From: Chitinophaga pinensis
Lineage (GTDB): Bacteria; Bacteroidota; Bacteroidia; UBA7662; JAIXUI01
Direction: 5' to 3'
DNA length: 64,000 nucleotides
Assembly: GCA_943373175.1 (NCBI GenBank)
Contig: CALSBM010000005.1
Span: 9,889 to 73,888 of the forward strand
Positions within the stretch are counted from its first letter, which is position 1, and every line of letters begins with the position of its first letter. A program made the position numbers and the translations under genes. Shown piece after piece: positions 28,321 through 38,075 of this stretch. The notes below the pieces were generated by a model. It was not told where the DNA came from. It did not search any database and worked only from the letters and a program-made list of their open reading frames with translations.

Positions 28321-29373
28321 TCAGAGGGTAATGCGTGCTCCGATACCGTAAGTTCCGTTAAATGGATCCGTGTGTCTCCAAGAGAAATCCAAACCAAATT
28401 TTCCACCTTTATCGTTGAAAGGAATATCAACTGAGAAACCCGCAGCATAACCTGTAAAAGCAGTAGAACGTGTTACTCGGTCATTAATTCCACTTTCGTA
28501 ATTATAACCGGTACGGAGGGAAAACCAAGTACCAAAATTATACTCAAGACCAAGGCCGAACTGATCGTTCGAAAAAGAATTGGATGTGAAGTTACCAGCT
28601 ACAACTAATTTCTGAAGTTTGGTCAATGGAATATCATACTGCATTCCAATATTCATCAACGAAGGAATTTCAAAACGTTCAGCCCGTTGAGACATGGTAA
28701 GACTTAAGCTTGAATTTTCGGGAGTTGCTCTTCCAGAAAGTCCATCGCCTGCAAATCGCATTGGAGTACCAACGTTACGGATTGCGATACCGAATTTCAA
28801 GCGATCATCTTTTCCAGTAACATATTGAATACCCGCATCGAAAGCTATTCCTTCCGAGCTAACCTCAGCCGTTGACTGAGAGATTAATCGGACGGTTACG
28901 CCACCATAAATACGTTTAGAGAATGTTCTGGCATAGGAAAGACCCATATTCACTAAGGAAGGAGAATAAAACCCAATTCCCCCGTCAGGGTTATTCATGT
29001 TGGTGATTTCAATATCACCCATGTTCATCGACATCAAACTAAAGCCAAGCACACTTGACTCGTTGATTCTTTGCGCAATACCAGCAGCATTCAAACTAAT
29101 ACCACTTCCTTCCAACCAGCTAGTTCTTACTAATTGAATTTCTGTGTTTTTAACGAAAGCTAAACCGGCAACATTGAAGCGCTCAGCCTCAATACCGCGG
29201 ATACCCGCAGTATTGACGCCGTACCATCCAGAACTTCTGGACCAGGGATTAATGAGGAGTTCCGTTGCGCCAGCCTGACCTACACGGTCAGGGTTACCTG
29301 CAAAGGAAGGCAACACCATCCCAGACAGAACTGCTCCAAAAAGGAGGTGTTTCAGATTTTTGATTGTCATCAT
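28321..29373 (-). CDS. PorV/PorQ (UPF0164/FadL-like) family outer-membrane beta-barrel
   Basis: Signal peptide; GQAGATELLINPWSRSSG resembles the PorV N-terminal motif; AFDAG.QY, FGIAIRN.G, GLGLEY and LR.GY; alternating beta C-terminus. Confidence 0.8.
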   Translation of the reverse strand: MMTIKNLKHLLFGAVLSGMVLPSFAGNPDRVGQAGATELLINPWSRSSGWYGVNTAGIRGIEAERFNVAGLAFVKNTEIQLVRTSWLEGSGISLNAAGIAQRINESSVLGFSLMSMNMGDIEITNMNNPDGGIGFYSPSLVNMGLSYARTFSKRIYGGVTVRLISQSTAEVSSEGIAFDAGIQYVTGKDDRLKFGIAIRNVGTPMRFAGDGLSGRATPENSSLSLTMSQRAERFEIPSLMNIGMQYDIPLTKLQKLVVAGNFTSNSFSNDQFGLGLEYNFGTWFSLRTGYNYESGINDRVTRSTAFTGYAAGFSVDIPFNDKGGKFGLDFSWRHTDPFNGTYGIGARITL

Positions 29374-29394
29374 AGGGCTGTCTGTGAGGGTTGA

Positions 29395-32300
29395 TTAGAA
29401 GGTGTCAAGGTCAATTGGTCTAACTACGCCAAACCATTTAACGGTTTTTTCACCAATACCTGGCGCGTTAATGTGGAAGATATAGGCTCCTGATGCAATA
29501 GGAACACGCTTACTATTAAGGAGATCCCAATCAACGCTGGTCGTCTCATCGTCTTTCGACAACACCCTAATCAATGCGCCGGATGATGTGAAAATAGATA
29601 CTGTACAGCGACGCGGAAGATTGGTGATTTTCACTCTATTATCAATCTGGCTGTTTTCATATCCAGAAACAGAGTAAAATGGGTTAGGAACAACACGAAT
29701 TATATTAAGCGCATTTACTGCTGTAGGCTTATTGAAAGTAACAGGTGCAAATGGCGTAGTATTGATTTCGTATAGTGGATTGTTATTATTTAAAGCAGGA
29801 GTTTGAGTTGCAAAAGAAGTGTATCGTTTTGCGACTCGTAGATTCACTGACAACTCAGTAGCTAACAATTGTTGACCAGGAGAAAGGAAAGGAATGCTCA
29901 CCCAAGCGACATTATTATAAAGTTGCTTAACAACAATAGAACCCTGTGTACCTGTGAAAGGTGCTCCTGCTCCTGCTCCTGCAAAGAGGAAACGCTTGAG
30001 GAATTCGCCTTCGTCATAACGAGACTTCATAACGTAGATATAATGTCTTCCGCCAACAGGCAAAGTCCCCGTTCTATTATCGAAAATGGTTGAAGTGGGA
30101 TTCCAAAGCATATCTCTTCCATTTGCATCTCTGAATTCAGAAGCTTCACCAAAACAAATATTTAATCTTTCTCCTGTTTCCATGTTGATAGCATACCCAG
30201 GAAACCATCCGCGGCCAATATCAGTAGGATCAAGAACTGTATCGCCATTAGCATTGACTGAACGTCCTAATCGCATTCGACCTTTAGTCTGTCCCCCTTC
30301 AGAATTTAGCGGATCGGCACCCATTTCAAGTACCCATCCACGAGTCCAATGTTGCTTATTAGGTGTAAAGACCAACTTTACTGAAGGTATATCACCTAGA
30401 GATAAATCTGTTGAGGAAAGCGGAGCAGGAAAACTCGGAAGAAGTGAGGTAATCGTTGGATCCGGAGAACTTCTTCGGACAAAACGCATTGCTGACCAAG
30501 CACCACTTAAGATACCGCTGAAGAAGTTGTTATCATCCCCACTTAATGCACCAGTACCCGCACCAGAAGGACCAGTTAAAATCCAGTCAAAATTGGGGCT
30601 ATCTTCTAAAAATTGTAACCACTGGTTTGTGTTGTCTCTGAATGAGAAATCCGATAACAATACACCATTACGGTCGTCATTGGGAGCCAATCCGGGATCT
30701 ACCGCATTGAGAACAGAAACAGAAATACCATAACTCTTAAAGGTACTGGTCATTTCGTACATGCCTACAACTTGCTCAGAATTAGTAGAAATAGTAGTAT
30801 CACTGAAAACAGTATCCTGATTTGCTGTTCCAGGATTAAGTATCAACATCCATCGAGAATTCTTACTAATGGTATCAATCGTAGGATTGCCTGGATTATA
30901 AATTCGCAGCCAATGCTTTCCTGGGATTACTAACTTTGGATCAACAATTTTAACGTTTACTGGGCCAAATCCAGGCTTATAAACTGGGAACAGTGCTCTG
31001 TTATCAGGACTCGCCAGAATTTCAGAAACCGTAGAGTCAGACAAATCGAGCAACTGATAACCATTACCTGTTCCTTCAACACGACGTACAATTGGAGCAT
31101 CGCCGTAAGTTGAATTGAGGATTAATCCATCCTTTTCAGGAGTATTAATATGTGGCACCCCGGTATAAACGGAAATGTTGTTACGGCCAGCAAAGAATGG
31201 TAATGCCTGTCCTTCATTGGTGATAGGGTTAAACGCCTCGTAATTGTTATAAGAGTAGGCAACCGCTAAATAGTAATACTTCTTGTGATTAATCAAAAGA
31301 TCGTTTCCAGTAGCAAACGCATCACGGTTGAGGCGGAAGGTGGTTTTAACACCTTGATCAGCACCGTCAACTTCGATACGAGGAATTGGTTTTTCCAAAT
31401 CCGGATCGATGTAATAGTTAATTAAACGGTTGATGCTGTCTTTAATATCGCACTGAAATATGATACGAGCACGACTTGCATCACGAAGTTCACCTGTGGA
31501 TACGTTTGAGCTTGCTAACTGATAAACGATGAAACCTTGGAATTTATAGCTAGAAGAATCAAGCTGTGCAGGAGTAGGATTGAAACCATAAATTGCTTTG
31601 ATGATAGGATCTACCTCCTTGTATTTCAGACCGAAGTTATTGGAAGAAGGCTTGTAAGTAAGCGTAAACACAAGCTGGCGATCCATTTCGGTAATGTTCA
31701 TGTCAGGAGCATCCGGGCCATTCAAAGTTTGGAAACAATTATCGAAGAGTGCCTGAGCCTTAGAGTCAGCGCGCAACAATTGGTTAAAAGAGCCTGTAGC
31801 ACCACCAGATGATGCCTTAGCCCAAACGATACCAATGGTGATATAGTTTACAGCACCAGGTTCCAATGTAAATGGTCCTCCTGATTGTACAAACCGGCGG
31901 TCAGCCGGAGCATTAGCAGCTGCACCTGTTCCTGGGAAAAGTTCTGTCCATGCAAAAGGTATTGTTCGAGGGTTTTGACCTGTTCCACCAATAGACCACC
32001 CATATTGAAAGTCTGAAGCACCAGGGAACATCATATCAGCCTCGAAAACAGTAGAACCAGTAGAACCAGGATATCCATTTCCTCCATAAACCATACGGTT
32101 ACCGTCTTTCCAGAAACCAGTCATGTAGTTATAAGCATGAACCGCTGTGGTTGGGTTACCAATTGGAGAAGCATCGTTATTGAAATAAAGAAACTTGGAC
32201 ATAATGCAACGTTCTGTTTTAGCAATTCCGTCACATATAAAAGTGTCTATTTCATCAACGCGAGCATCACGGTCATTATCGATTCCATCATTAGGATCAG

Positions 32301-33345
32301 AGAAAGGGCCTTCAAAGAAGTCGCACCCTACCGAAGGAGGGTTCTCGCCGTAACCTTGAATACCTTCATCGTTGTTATCTCCATTGTAGCAAATACCAAG
32401 ACCACGAGGAACATCGCAACCAACGAAGTCGTCAGCGGCATTTCCTAAATCCGGATCTACCCATTGAGCCATATAGCAAGAATCGAGACGAAGAGTAGAA
32501 CGATTAATGATAGTATGGAAATAGAACGTCATGTTATTTAGCTCATCGTTAGAGGCATAAGCAAAAGATTGTGTTTGAATTTCCATACCAATCTGTTGCG
32601 CCCCGGAACCGGAAACGTTTCCACGATCATTAATAACATTCCAGATAGACTGGTCACCATTAATACGAGGATAATCGCCTAATGCGGGCTCATAAACATT
32701 GGGGTCGCCACCAACATTAACAAAAGGAGCAAGATTAGGTGCTTGACCCAAGCTTAAGTCGCCATTAGCCGGCCAGTCGAGAAAGACCTGCGGGGGAACA
32801 TAACCCGGAACCAAGCTGGTTTGACCACCAGGAGCTATAATTGTGTTAGCACGGTGCGCTTCAACCTGAGCACGCTCTACTTTCCAGTGTTTGTCGAAAG
32901 AGAGACAGTTTGCTGAAGTAGTTGTTGCGTTGTTGGTATTTAACGGACCAGGCCAGTAGCCAATTCCTAATACTGTGCTTTGGCGGTAAGTTTGCGCAGC
33001 CACTCTTAAAGTACCTGAGGTAAAACCACCTACCCAAACCGCACCAGCGAACAGGGAGTTGAGACGAGGTTGAGATGGGTCAGTAGTTTTAGGAATTTCA
33101 TATCCAGCTAGACCGGAAGAACCTTGATCCCACCAATAATCACCGCCGGCTAAAATCCTAGCTCGAACATTGTTAACATCCAAAAAAATTCGAGAAGTCG
33201 CAGGGGCGCAATTAGCAGCACCACGCAATGCGGCAGCACCGGGAAGTGTTCGTGCAGAGGCCGATAAATCCTCGCGGGCAATAGCTTGGCTTAGAGCCAA
33301 CGTTGCCAACGCCAGGGATAAAAAGTATCGCTTCATGTATCGCAT
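29395..33345 (-). CDS. Large secreted protein with a T9SS-type C-terminal sorting domain
   Basis: Signal peptide, acidic DGIDNDRD loop, FN3-like segment, and C-terminal VVPNPF...IFT.SG.LIR.L....WD........SG.YI pattern. The start may be 33336. Confidence 0.8.
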   Translation of the reverse strand: MRYMKRYFLSLALATLALSQAIAREDLSASARTLPGAAALRGAANCAPATSRIFLDVNNVRARILAGGDYWWDQGSSGLAGYEIPKTTDPSQPRLNSLFAGAVWVGGFTSGTLRVAAQTYRQSTVLGIGYWPGPLNTNNATTTSANCLSFDKHWKVERAQVEAHRANTIIAPGGQTSLVPGYVPPQVFLDWPANGDLSLGQAPNLAPFVNVGGDPNVYEPALGDYPRINGDQSIWNVINDRGNVSGSGAQQIGMEIQTQSFAYASNDELNNMTFYFHTIINRSTLRLDSCYMAQWVDPDLGNAADDFVGCDVPRGLGICYNGDNNDEGIQGYGENPPSVGCDFFEGPFSDPNDGIDNDRDARVDEIDTFICDGIAKTERCIMSKFLYFNNDASPIGNPTTAVHAYNYMTGFWKDGNRMVYGGNGYPGSTGSTVFEADMMFPGASDFQYGWSIGGTGQNPRTIPFAWTELFPGTGAAANAPADRRFVQSGGPFTLEPGAVNYITIGIVWAKASSGGATGSFNQLLRADSKAQALFDNCFQTLNGPDAPDMNITEMDRQLVFTLTYKPSSNNFGLKYKEVDPIIKAIYGFNPTPAQLDSSSYKFQGFIVYQLASSNVSTGELRDASRARIIFQCDIKDSINRLINYYIDPDLEKPIPRIEVDGADQGVKTTFRLNRDAFATGNDLLINHKKYYYLAVAYSYNNYEAFNPITNEGQALPFFAGRNNISVYTGVPHINTPEKDGLILNSTYGDAPIVRRVEGTGNGYQLLDLSDSTVSEILASPDNRALFPVYKPGFGPVNVKIVDPKLVIPGKHWLRIYNPGNPTIDTISKNSRWMLILNPGTANQDTVFSDTTISTNSEQVVGMYEMTSTFKSYGISVSVLNAVDPGLAPNDDRNGVLLSDFSFRDNTNQWLQFLEDSPNFDWILTGPSGAGTGALSGDDNNFFSGILSGAWSAMRFVRRSSPDPTITSLLPSFPAPLSSTDLSLGDIPSVKLVFTPNKQHWTRGWVLEMGADPLNSEGGQTKGRMRLGRSVNANGDTVLDPTDIGRGWFPGYAINMETGERLNICFGEASEFRDANGRDMLWNPTSTIFDNRTGTLPVGGRHYIYVMKSRYDEGEFLKRFLFAGAGAGAPFTGTQGSIVVKQLYNNVAWVSIPFLSPGQQLLATELSVNLRVAKRYTSFATQTPALNNNNPLYEINTTPFAPVTFNKPTAVNALNIIRVVPNPFYSVSGYENSQIDNRVKITNLPRRCTVSIFTSSGALIRVLSKDDETTSVDWDLLNSKRVPIASGAYIFHINAPGIGEKTVKWFGVVRPIDLDTF

Positions 33346-33356
33346 GTGTTATTTTA

Positions 33357-36300
33357 TCAGAAAGTGAATCTTACGCCAATACGTGCTCTGCGAGGAAGTG
33401 CGAAGTTGTCTGGATTCTGCATGGAGACCGTATAAAGGTCAATGAAAGAAGCAGGATCCAAAGTTCCGTTAAGCTGCTGAGCTCCGAGGTTAGAAGTGAG
33501 GAATCCGTCGTCCATTGGGTCACCAGTATAACGATAAACACCAAGAACGTTACGTAAATCAAACAGGTTGAGGACTTGAAGGTAAACCGTGACAGTAGCC
33601 ATTTTCGGGCGATCTGGGGTGCCTTTTCCAATTTTAAAGTCAATGTCTTTATCAACGCGGAGGTTTACTCTAAGCTGCCAAGGCAAACGAGAACCGTTTA
33701 GAGTACCTTTCAACGTTGTACGGCCATCAATACCTCCGGCAACATCACCATCAGGAGTTACGAATGTTTGACGTGAGAATGGAGTTCCAGAAACAGCGTT
33801 GGCAACAAAGTTGAACCCAACATTCTGAAGAATTGGAAATCCAAAAGGACGTGGGCCGTTATAGTCTTTTCCTTTACCAAAACGGAAGTCGAGAGTACCC
33901 ACTAAACGGTGGCGTGCATCGAAGTTAAGAGGCAAAGGTGTACGAAGGTTATCGATACCAGCCTGAATGATGTTAGCCGCTTGCTCAGGAGCAGAACCGG
34001 TACCATCTGCAAATTGCAAGGTGTAAGAACCGTTGAAACGGATATTTCCGGAACGACGTAAGTCATAAGATATAGTTAACCCTTTTACAGTTCCGAAATC
34101 GATGTTTCCATAAGTACGATAGTCAACAGGAAACGCAAATGGACGGTTAATGATCTGAATCATGTTACGCAACTCGCGATAGAATGCAGAAATAGTTATT
34201 GCTGAACGTTCGTTCAACTTTTGCTTAAAGCCAAGTTCGTAATCGATGGTTTGCTCAGGAAGTAGGGATGGATTGTTGATGGTACCGCCAACATTTTGCA
34301 GATAGAAAAAGTCTGTTGGGTCAAAACGAAGGAATCCGGAAGGGCGCTGAGTTAGCACGTCGTAGTGAGCGAAGAATTGTGCTTCGTCAGAAATAGGGAA
34401 TGAGAACGCAACACGCGGCATGAAGTTAATCTGCGGTGTATAGGTAGTGAACGCATTTGCTCCGACGCTAATTTGCCGAGGATCTTCGAGGTAAGGAGTA
34501 ATACGGCCAGCAGCAGCAGCATTTGCGAGTGCTGATGGGTTACGAATTTCCTGACCACTAGCGTTGAACCAAGTTTGACCGCTGCGGTAGCCAAGAATAG
34601 CTGGTGTAGCAGCATTCGCGTCATTAACGTAAACTACATAATCGCTACCAATATTTCCGGGATGACGACCACCGTTAGCAGTATTCAAAGCTCCAGAAAC
34701 TTGACCGACCGTTTTAGCAGGGAAAAGAAGGAATGGATCTTTAAGTACTGGCTGGTTTGCATCAAAGCGGTCAACACGCAATCCTACACGGAAGATAAGG
34801 TCATCGAAGTCAAATTTGTCTTCGATAAATCCTGCTAAATAGATAGGCGAGAATGGAGCAATGTTACGGTTGGTTGTGTCCGTAAAGAAGTCTAATTGGC
34901 CGGGTCGGCTGGATAAACGATCTCCTTTATAGTCATAACCAAAGTAAGAAACAAAGCTTTGGCCTTCATTCAACAATTCATTCGGACTGAAGAAATTCAC
35001 TTTCAATGCGTTAGGATCCAATTTGTCGATTTGAACAATGTCAAGACCCTGAACGTTGAGGCCAAGAGAACTACGAAGATTTCTATCAAACGTGGACTGG
35101 TTTGCCCCTACATAAAGACGGTTGAAATAAATGGTATCGTTGTACAAACCAAATTCATCTCGTGCGTAAATAGGATTTGAAAGATCAAGTTCGTTTAGGT
35201 GACGATTCATTAAACCACGGGCATGTCCCCAAAGACCGATACCAGAAGCGAAAGGATTCAAGCTATAACCCCTGTCTATGCGTTGGTCATATTCGAAACC
35301 GAACTTAATCGCGTGACTTTTAATATCCGCAGAGGCAACTCCACTTACACGAAACATGTCGTTGTTAGAGTAAGAGTAACCACCAGTCTGACGGCCACTG
35401 TTCCACCAAATTCCATAAACAGAGTTAAGGCGTAGTCCATTAATGTTTCCACCTAACTGCTGAATATCATTGAAGTTAGTTAACCGCTGATCACCCAATA
35501 AGCTAAAGAACTGACGATTGAAGGCTGTAAGCAAAGGATCAACATCCTTGGGAGTATAGGTCACCAAAGTGTCGCGGAAGCCGGACATGATGTTGGTGTT
35601 TAACTGAAAGATTCCATCAACAGTAGCAGAATCCTGTCTGAAGGTTCTTTCTTGAAGAACATCAAACTCACCCATATACCCATAACTAAACGCGTTACGG
35701 CCTAACCTGTCGTCCTCGTTACGGCCTGTCGTGTTGGTATAGTCAAATTGAAGGGTATAAAATGCGTTTTTAATCGTGGAGTTATTGGTTGATGCACCAC
35801 TCTCAATTTTGGAGTTGAAACTCTGCTTAATCCGACCATAAATACGAAACGTTTGGTTTTCGAAGGAAGGGTTGTTAGCAGAGTTAAACAAACTGTACGC
35901 ACGGACGTAACTTCTTCCCCATGTTCGGTCATAGTTACCACCAAGTGTAAACGTAAAGTCGTTAGTAGGCTGGAAGTCGATTTTACCAGAGAACGATAAA
36001 CGGTTGGAAGTTACATTCGGACGTACATCATCAAGGAACATATCGCTTCTACGAACGAACTGTGCATTTTGAACAAAGCCAGTTCCGAGTGGGGAACGAC
36101 GAAGTGGATTTGCCTGTAAATCTGCCAGTTTATTGGGATTGATTTGCCAAACTCCAATAGCAGAAGGATCATTATCTAACTGAGTTTCCCACTCACCTGA
36201 GAGGAAGTAACCTAAAACAGCACGTTCATTTTCTTTGCCTTTATTTTTAACCCAAAGCGGTCCTGTAATATTCAAAGCACCGAGGTTATAACCATAAGGC

Positions 36301-37034
36301 TCTAAAAAAGCAGAACTCAGAATCTCAGCTCCGCCACTGAAGTTACGTGAAGGCCCTCGGGTAGTTACGTTAATTACACCACCGGTAACGTCACCATATT
36401 GAGAAGGAACACCACCGGTAATAACCGTAGTTTGCTCAATAGCAGAGTTTGGAAGGTTTGTAGAACCACGCACCCGGATACCGTCCACAAAATATTCCGT
36501 AGCATCGGAACGCCCTCCACGCATGTTGATTGCGCCACCCTCATCTGACTGAAACACCCCTGCAGAAACCGCCGCAATAGAGTTTACATCGCGGGTTGCC
36601 ATTTGAGCAATCTCTGCACGAGTAACCGTCTGGCCAGTCGAAGTTTCATCCGGCCGTATTAACGGCACCTCATAAATGATAGTTGTTTCCTTGATGTTGA
36701 CAGCGTTCGAAGTGAGGTAGATATCCACGAAAGTACTCCTATCGGAATTCACCTCTACGCCTTTGATGTTCTTTGGCGCATAACCAAGATACTTGACTTT
36801 CAAGTCGTATGTTCCCGGAGGAAGAGAACTAAATTTATAGCGTCCATCGGCATCGGTGGTTGCCCCTCCTTTGATGGCGCCCTCGCGCTCCAATATCACA
36901 TTAGCAAATGCGATAACCTCTTTCTTACCCTCACCGAGCACACGTCCTTGAAGAACGCCGGTACCTGACTGAGCCCAGGCAACGATTAGAGTAAAGAGGA
37001 ACAGGAGCACACTTAAGTAAAGTTTTTTCAACAT
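33357..37034 (-). CDS. TonB-dependent receptor with an N-terminal carboxypeptidase-regulatory-like domain
   Basis: Signal peptide AWA-Q; TTDADGRY...LPPGTY.LKV.YLGY; plug RGGRS....YFVDG; MPRVAFSFPI, PEQTIDYELG; terminal RIGVRFTF beta-signal. Confidence 0.92.
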   Translation of the reverse strand: MLKKLYLSVLLFLFTLIVAWAQSGTGVLQGRVLGEGKKEVIAFANVILEREGAIKGGATTDADGRYKFSSLPPGTYDLKVKYLGYAPKNIKGVEVNSDRSTFVDIYLTSNAVNIKETTIIYEVPLIRPDETSTGQTVTRAEIAQMATRDVNSIAAVSAGVFQSDEGGAINMRGGRSDATEYFVDGIRVRGSTNLPNSAIEQTTVITGGVPSQYGDVTGGVINVTTRGPSRNFSGGAEILSSAFLEPYGYNLGALNITGPLWVKNKGKENERAVLGYFLSGEWETQLDNDPSAIGVWQINPNKLADLQANPLRRSPLGTGFVQNAQFVRRSDMFLDDVRPNVTSNRLSFSGKIDFQPTNDFTFTLGGNYDRTWGRSYVRAYSLFNSANNPSFENQTFRIYGRIKQSFNSKIESGASTNNSTIKNAFYTLQFDYTNTTGRNEDDRLGRNAFSYGYMGEFDVLQERTFRQDSATVDGIFQLNTNIMSGFRDTLVTYTPKDVDPLLTAFNRQFFSLLGDQRLTNFNDIQQLGGNINGLRLNSVYGIWWNSGRQTGGYSYSNNDMFRVSGVASADIKSHAIKFGFEYDQRIDRGYSLNPFASGIGLWGHARGLMNRHLNELDLSNPIYARDEFGLYNDTIYFNRLYVGANQSTFDRNLRSSLGLNVQGLDIVQIDKLDPNALKVNFFSPNELLNEGQSFVSYFGYDYKGDRLSSRPGQLDFFTDTTNRNIAPFSPIYLAGFIEDKFDFDDLIFRVGLRVDRFDANQPVLKDPFLLFPAKTVGQVSGALNTANGGRHPGNIGSDYVVYVNDANAATPAILGYRSGQTWFNASGQEIRNPSALANAAAAGRITPYLEDPRQISVGANAFTTYTPQINFMPRVAFSFPISDEAQFFAHYDVLTQRPSGFLRFDPTDFFYLQNVGGTINNPSLLPEQTIDYELGFKQKLNERSAITISAFYRELRNMIQIINRPFAFPVDYRTYGNIDFGTVKGLTISYDLRRSGNIRFNGSYTLQFADGTGSAPEQAANIIQAGIDNLRTPLPLNFDARHRLVGTLDFRFGKGKDYNGPRPFGFPILQNVGFNFVANAVSGTPFSRQTFVTPDGDVAGGIDGRTTLKGTLNGSRLPWQLRVNLRVDKDIDFKIGKGTPDRPKMATVTVYLQVLNLFDLRNVLGVYRYTGDPMDDGFLTSNLGAQQLNGTLDPASFIDLYTVSMQNPDNFALPRRARIGVRFTF

Positions 37035-37277
37035 AGGCGGTAGTGTGTTACAGTGTTCAAATGATCTTTAAAAATGTTCTTTTTGCCTTATTTGGCTTAA
37101 GAATGTGCAACATAGCACCAAACAAGGGAAGAAACAAGAGTGGCTTAACGCCTCTTTAACACTTCTTAAGTAATAAATTGGTTTTTCTAAATCAATAAGA
37201 GCCTTTTCTGATGTTCAGAGCTCATTTTCCTGACAAAAGCCTGACCTTTTTCCCTTAAATAATCTCACTTAAGGCGC

Positions 37278-38075
37278 CTAAATAGGAAATTCCAGAGGCG
37301 ATTGAAAGCAAAAAACGAAGTCTTTAAACAGCTCCTTTCGTTCAGAAACTACCCTTCTTTCACCGGCTTCATCATGGCTAAAAACAGGTAGCTGGAACCC
37401 GTATTGCTGAGCATTTAGGGCATAAAGCTCACGACGAGTGACAGCCTGAGGGCAACTTAAGTTAACTGTTCCATGAGCCTCGGGATGTGCTTCCAAATGA
37501 GCTAAAAATCCAAGAATATCGTCACGATGGATAAGGTTTACCCAGCGGGATCCATCAACAGGTTTTCCAGCAAAAAATCGTCCCGGCACACGTCCATACC
37601 CAGCTAAACCGGATAATCGGATAATTAGCAAATTTTGCCACACTTCAGAAAGTGCTTTTTCTGCTGTCTGAATCACTAAACTTCCTTCACCGGGTATCAT
37701 ACTTCCTTCTGAGTATGTACCGGATGCTTCCGGATAAACGGATGTTGAAGACGTAAACATTAGCTTAGCCTGAGGAGAGGCTATTCTAAGTTGACGAGCG
37801 ACCGCCACCAAGGCTTGAGCATATAACAAGGGTTCAACTCCCGAGGGAGGAATGCAAAGCAACAAATGGGTGACTCCTGGAGGGATATGTGGAGCAGCTT
37901 CAGAAGCTGAATTCCAAATGCTGATGTCCATCGAAGGATGCTTTTCCTTCCACTTCATCGCTTTCTCTTTGGTTCGAACAGTTCCTGAAACCCTCACTCC
38001 TCTTTTACATAGAACTTCAGCCCATGCACCACCGAGCCAGCCTAACCCTATAATATGCCAATGCAGATTGGTCAT
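37278..38075 (-). CDS. NAD(P)-binding atypical SDR/epimerase (YeeZ-like)
   Basis: IIGLGWLG, SSTSVY, IRLSGL.G..R.PG and VNLIHRDD. Confidence 0.85.
   Translation of the reverse strand: MTNLHWHIIGLGWLGGAWAEVLCKRGVRVSGTVRTKEKAMKWKEKHPSMDISIWNSASEAAPHIPPGVTHLLLCIPPSGVEPLLYAQALVAVARQLRIASPQAKLMFTSSTSVYPEASGTYSEGSMIPGEGSLVIQTAEKALSEVWQNLLIIRLSGLAGYGRVPGRFFAGKPVDGSRWVNLIHRDDILGFLAHLEAHPEAHGTVNLSCPQAVTRRELYALNAQQYGFQLPVFSHDEAGERRVVSERKELFKDFVFCFQSPLEFPI

Noticed and set aside
30086-30733. 215-aa plus-strand ORF and the many other short antisense ORFs in the track
   Set aside because: Shadow frames opposite well-supported genes, with no recognisable motifs.
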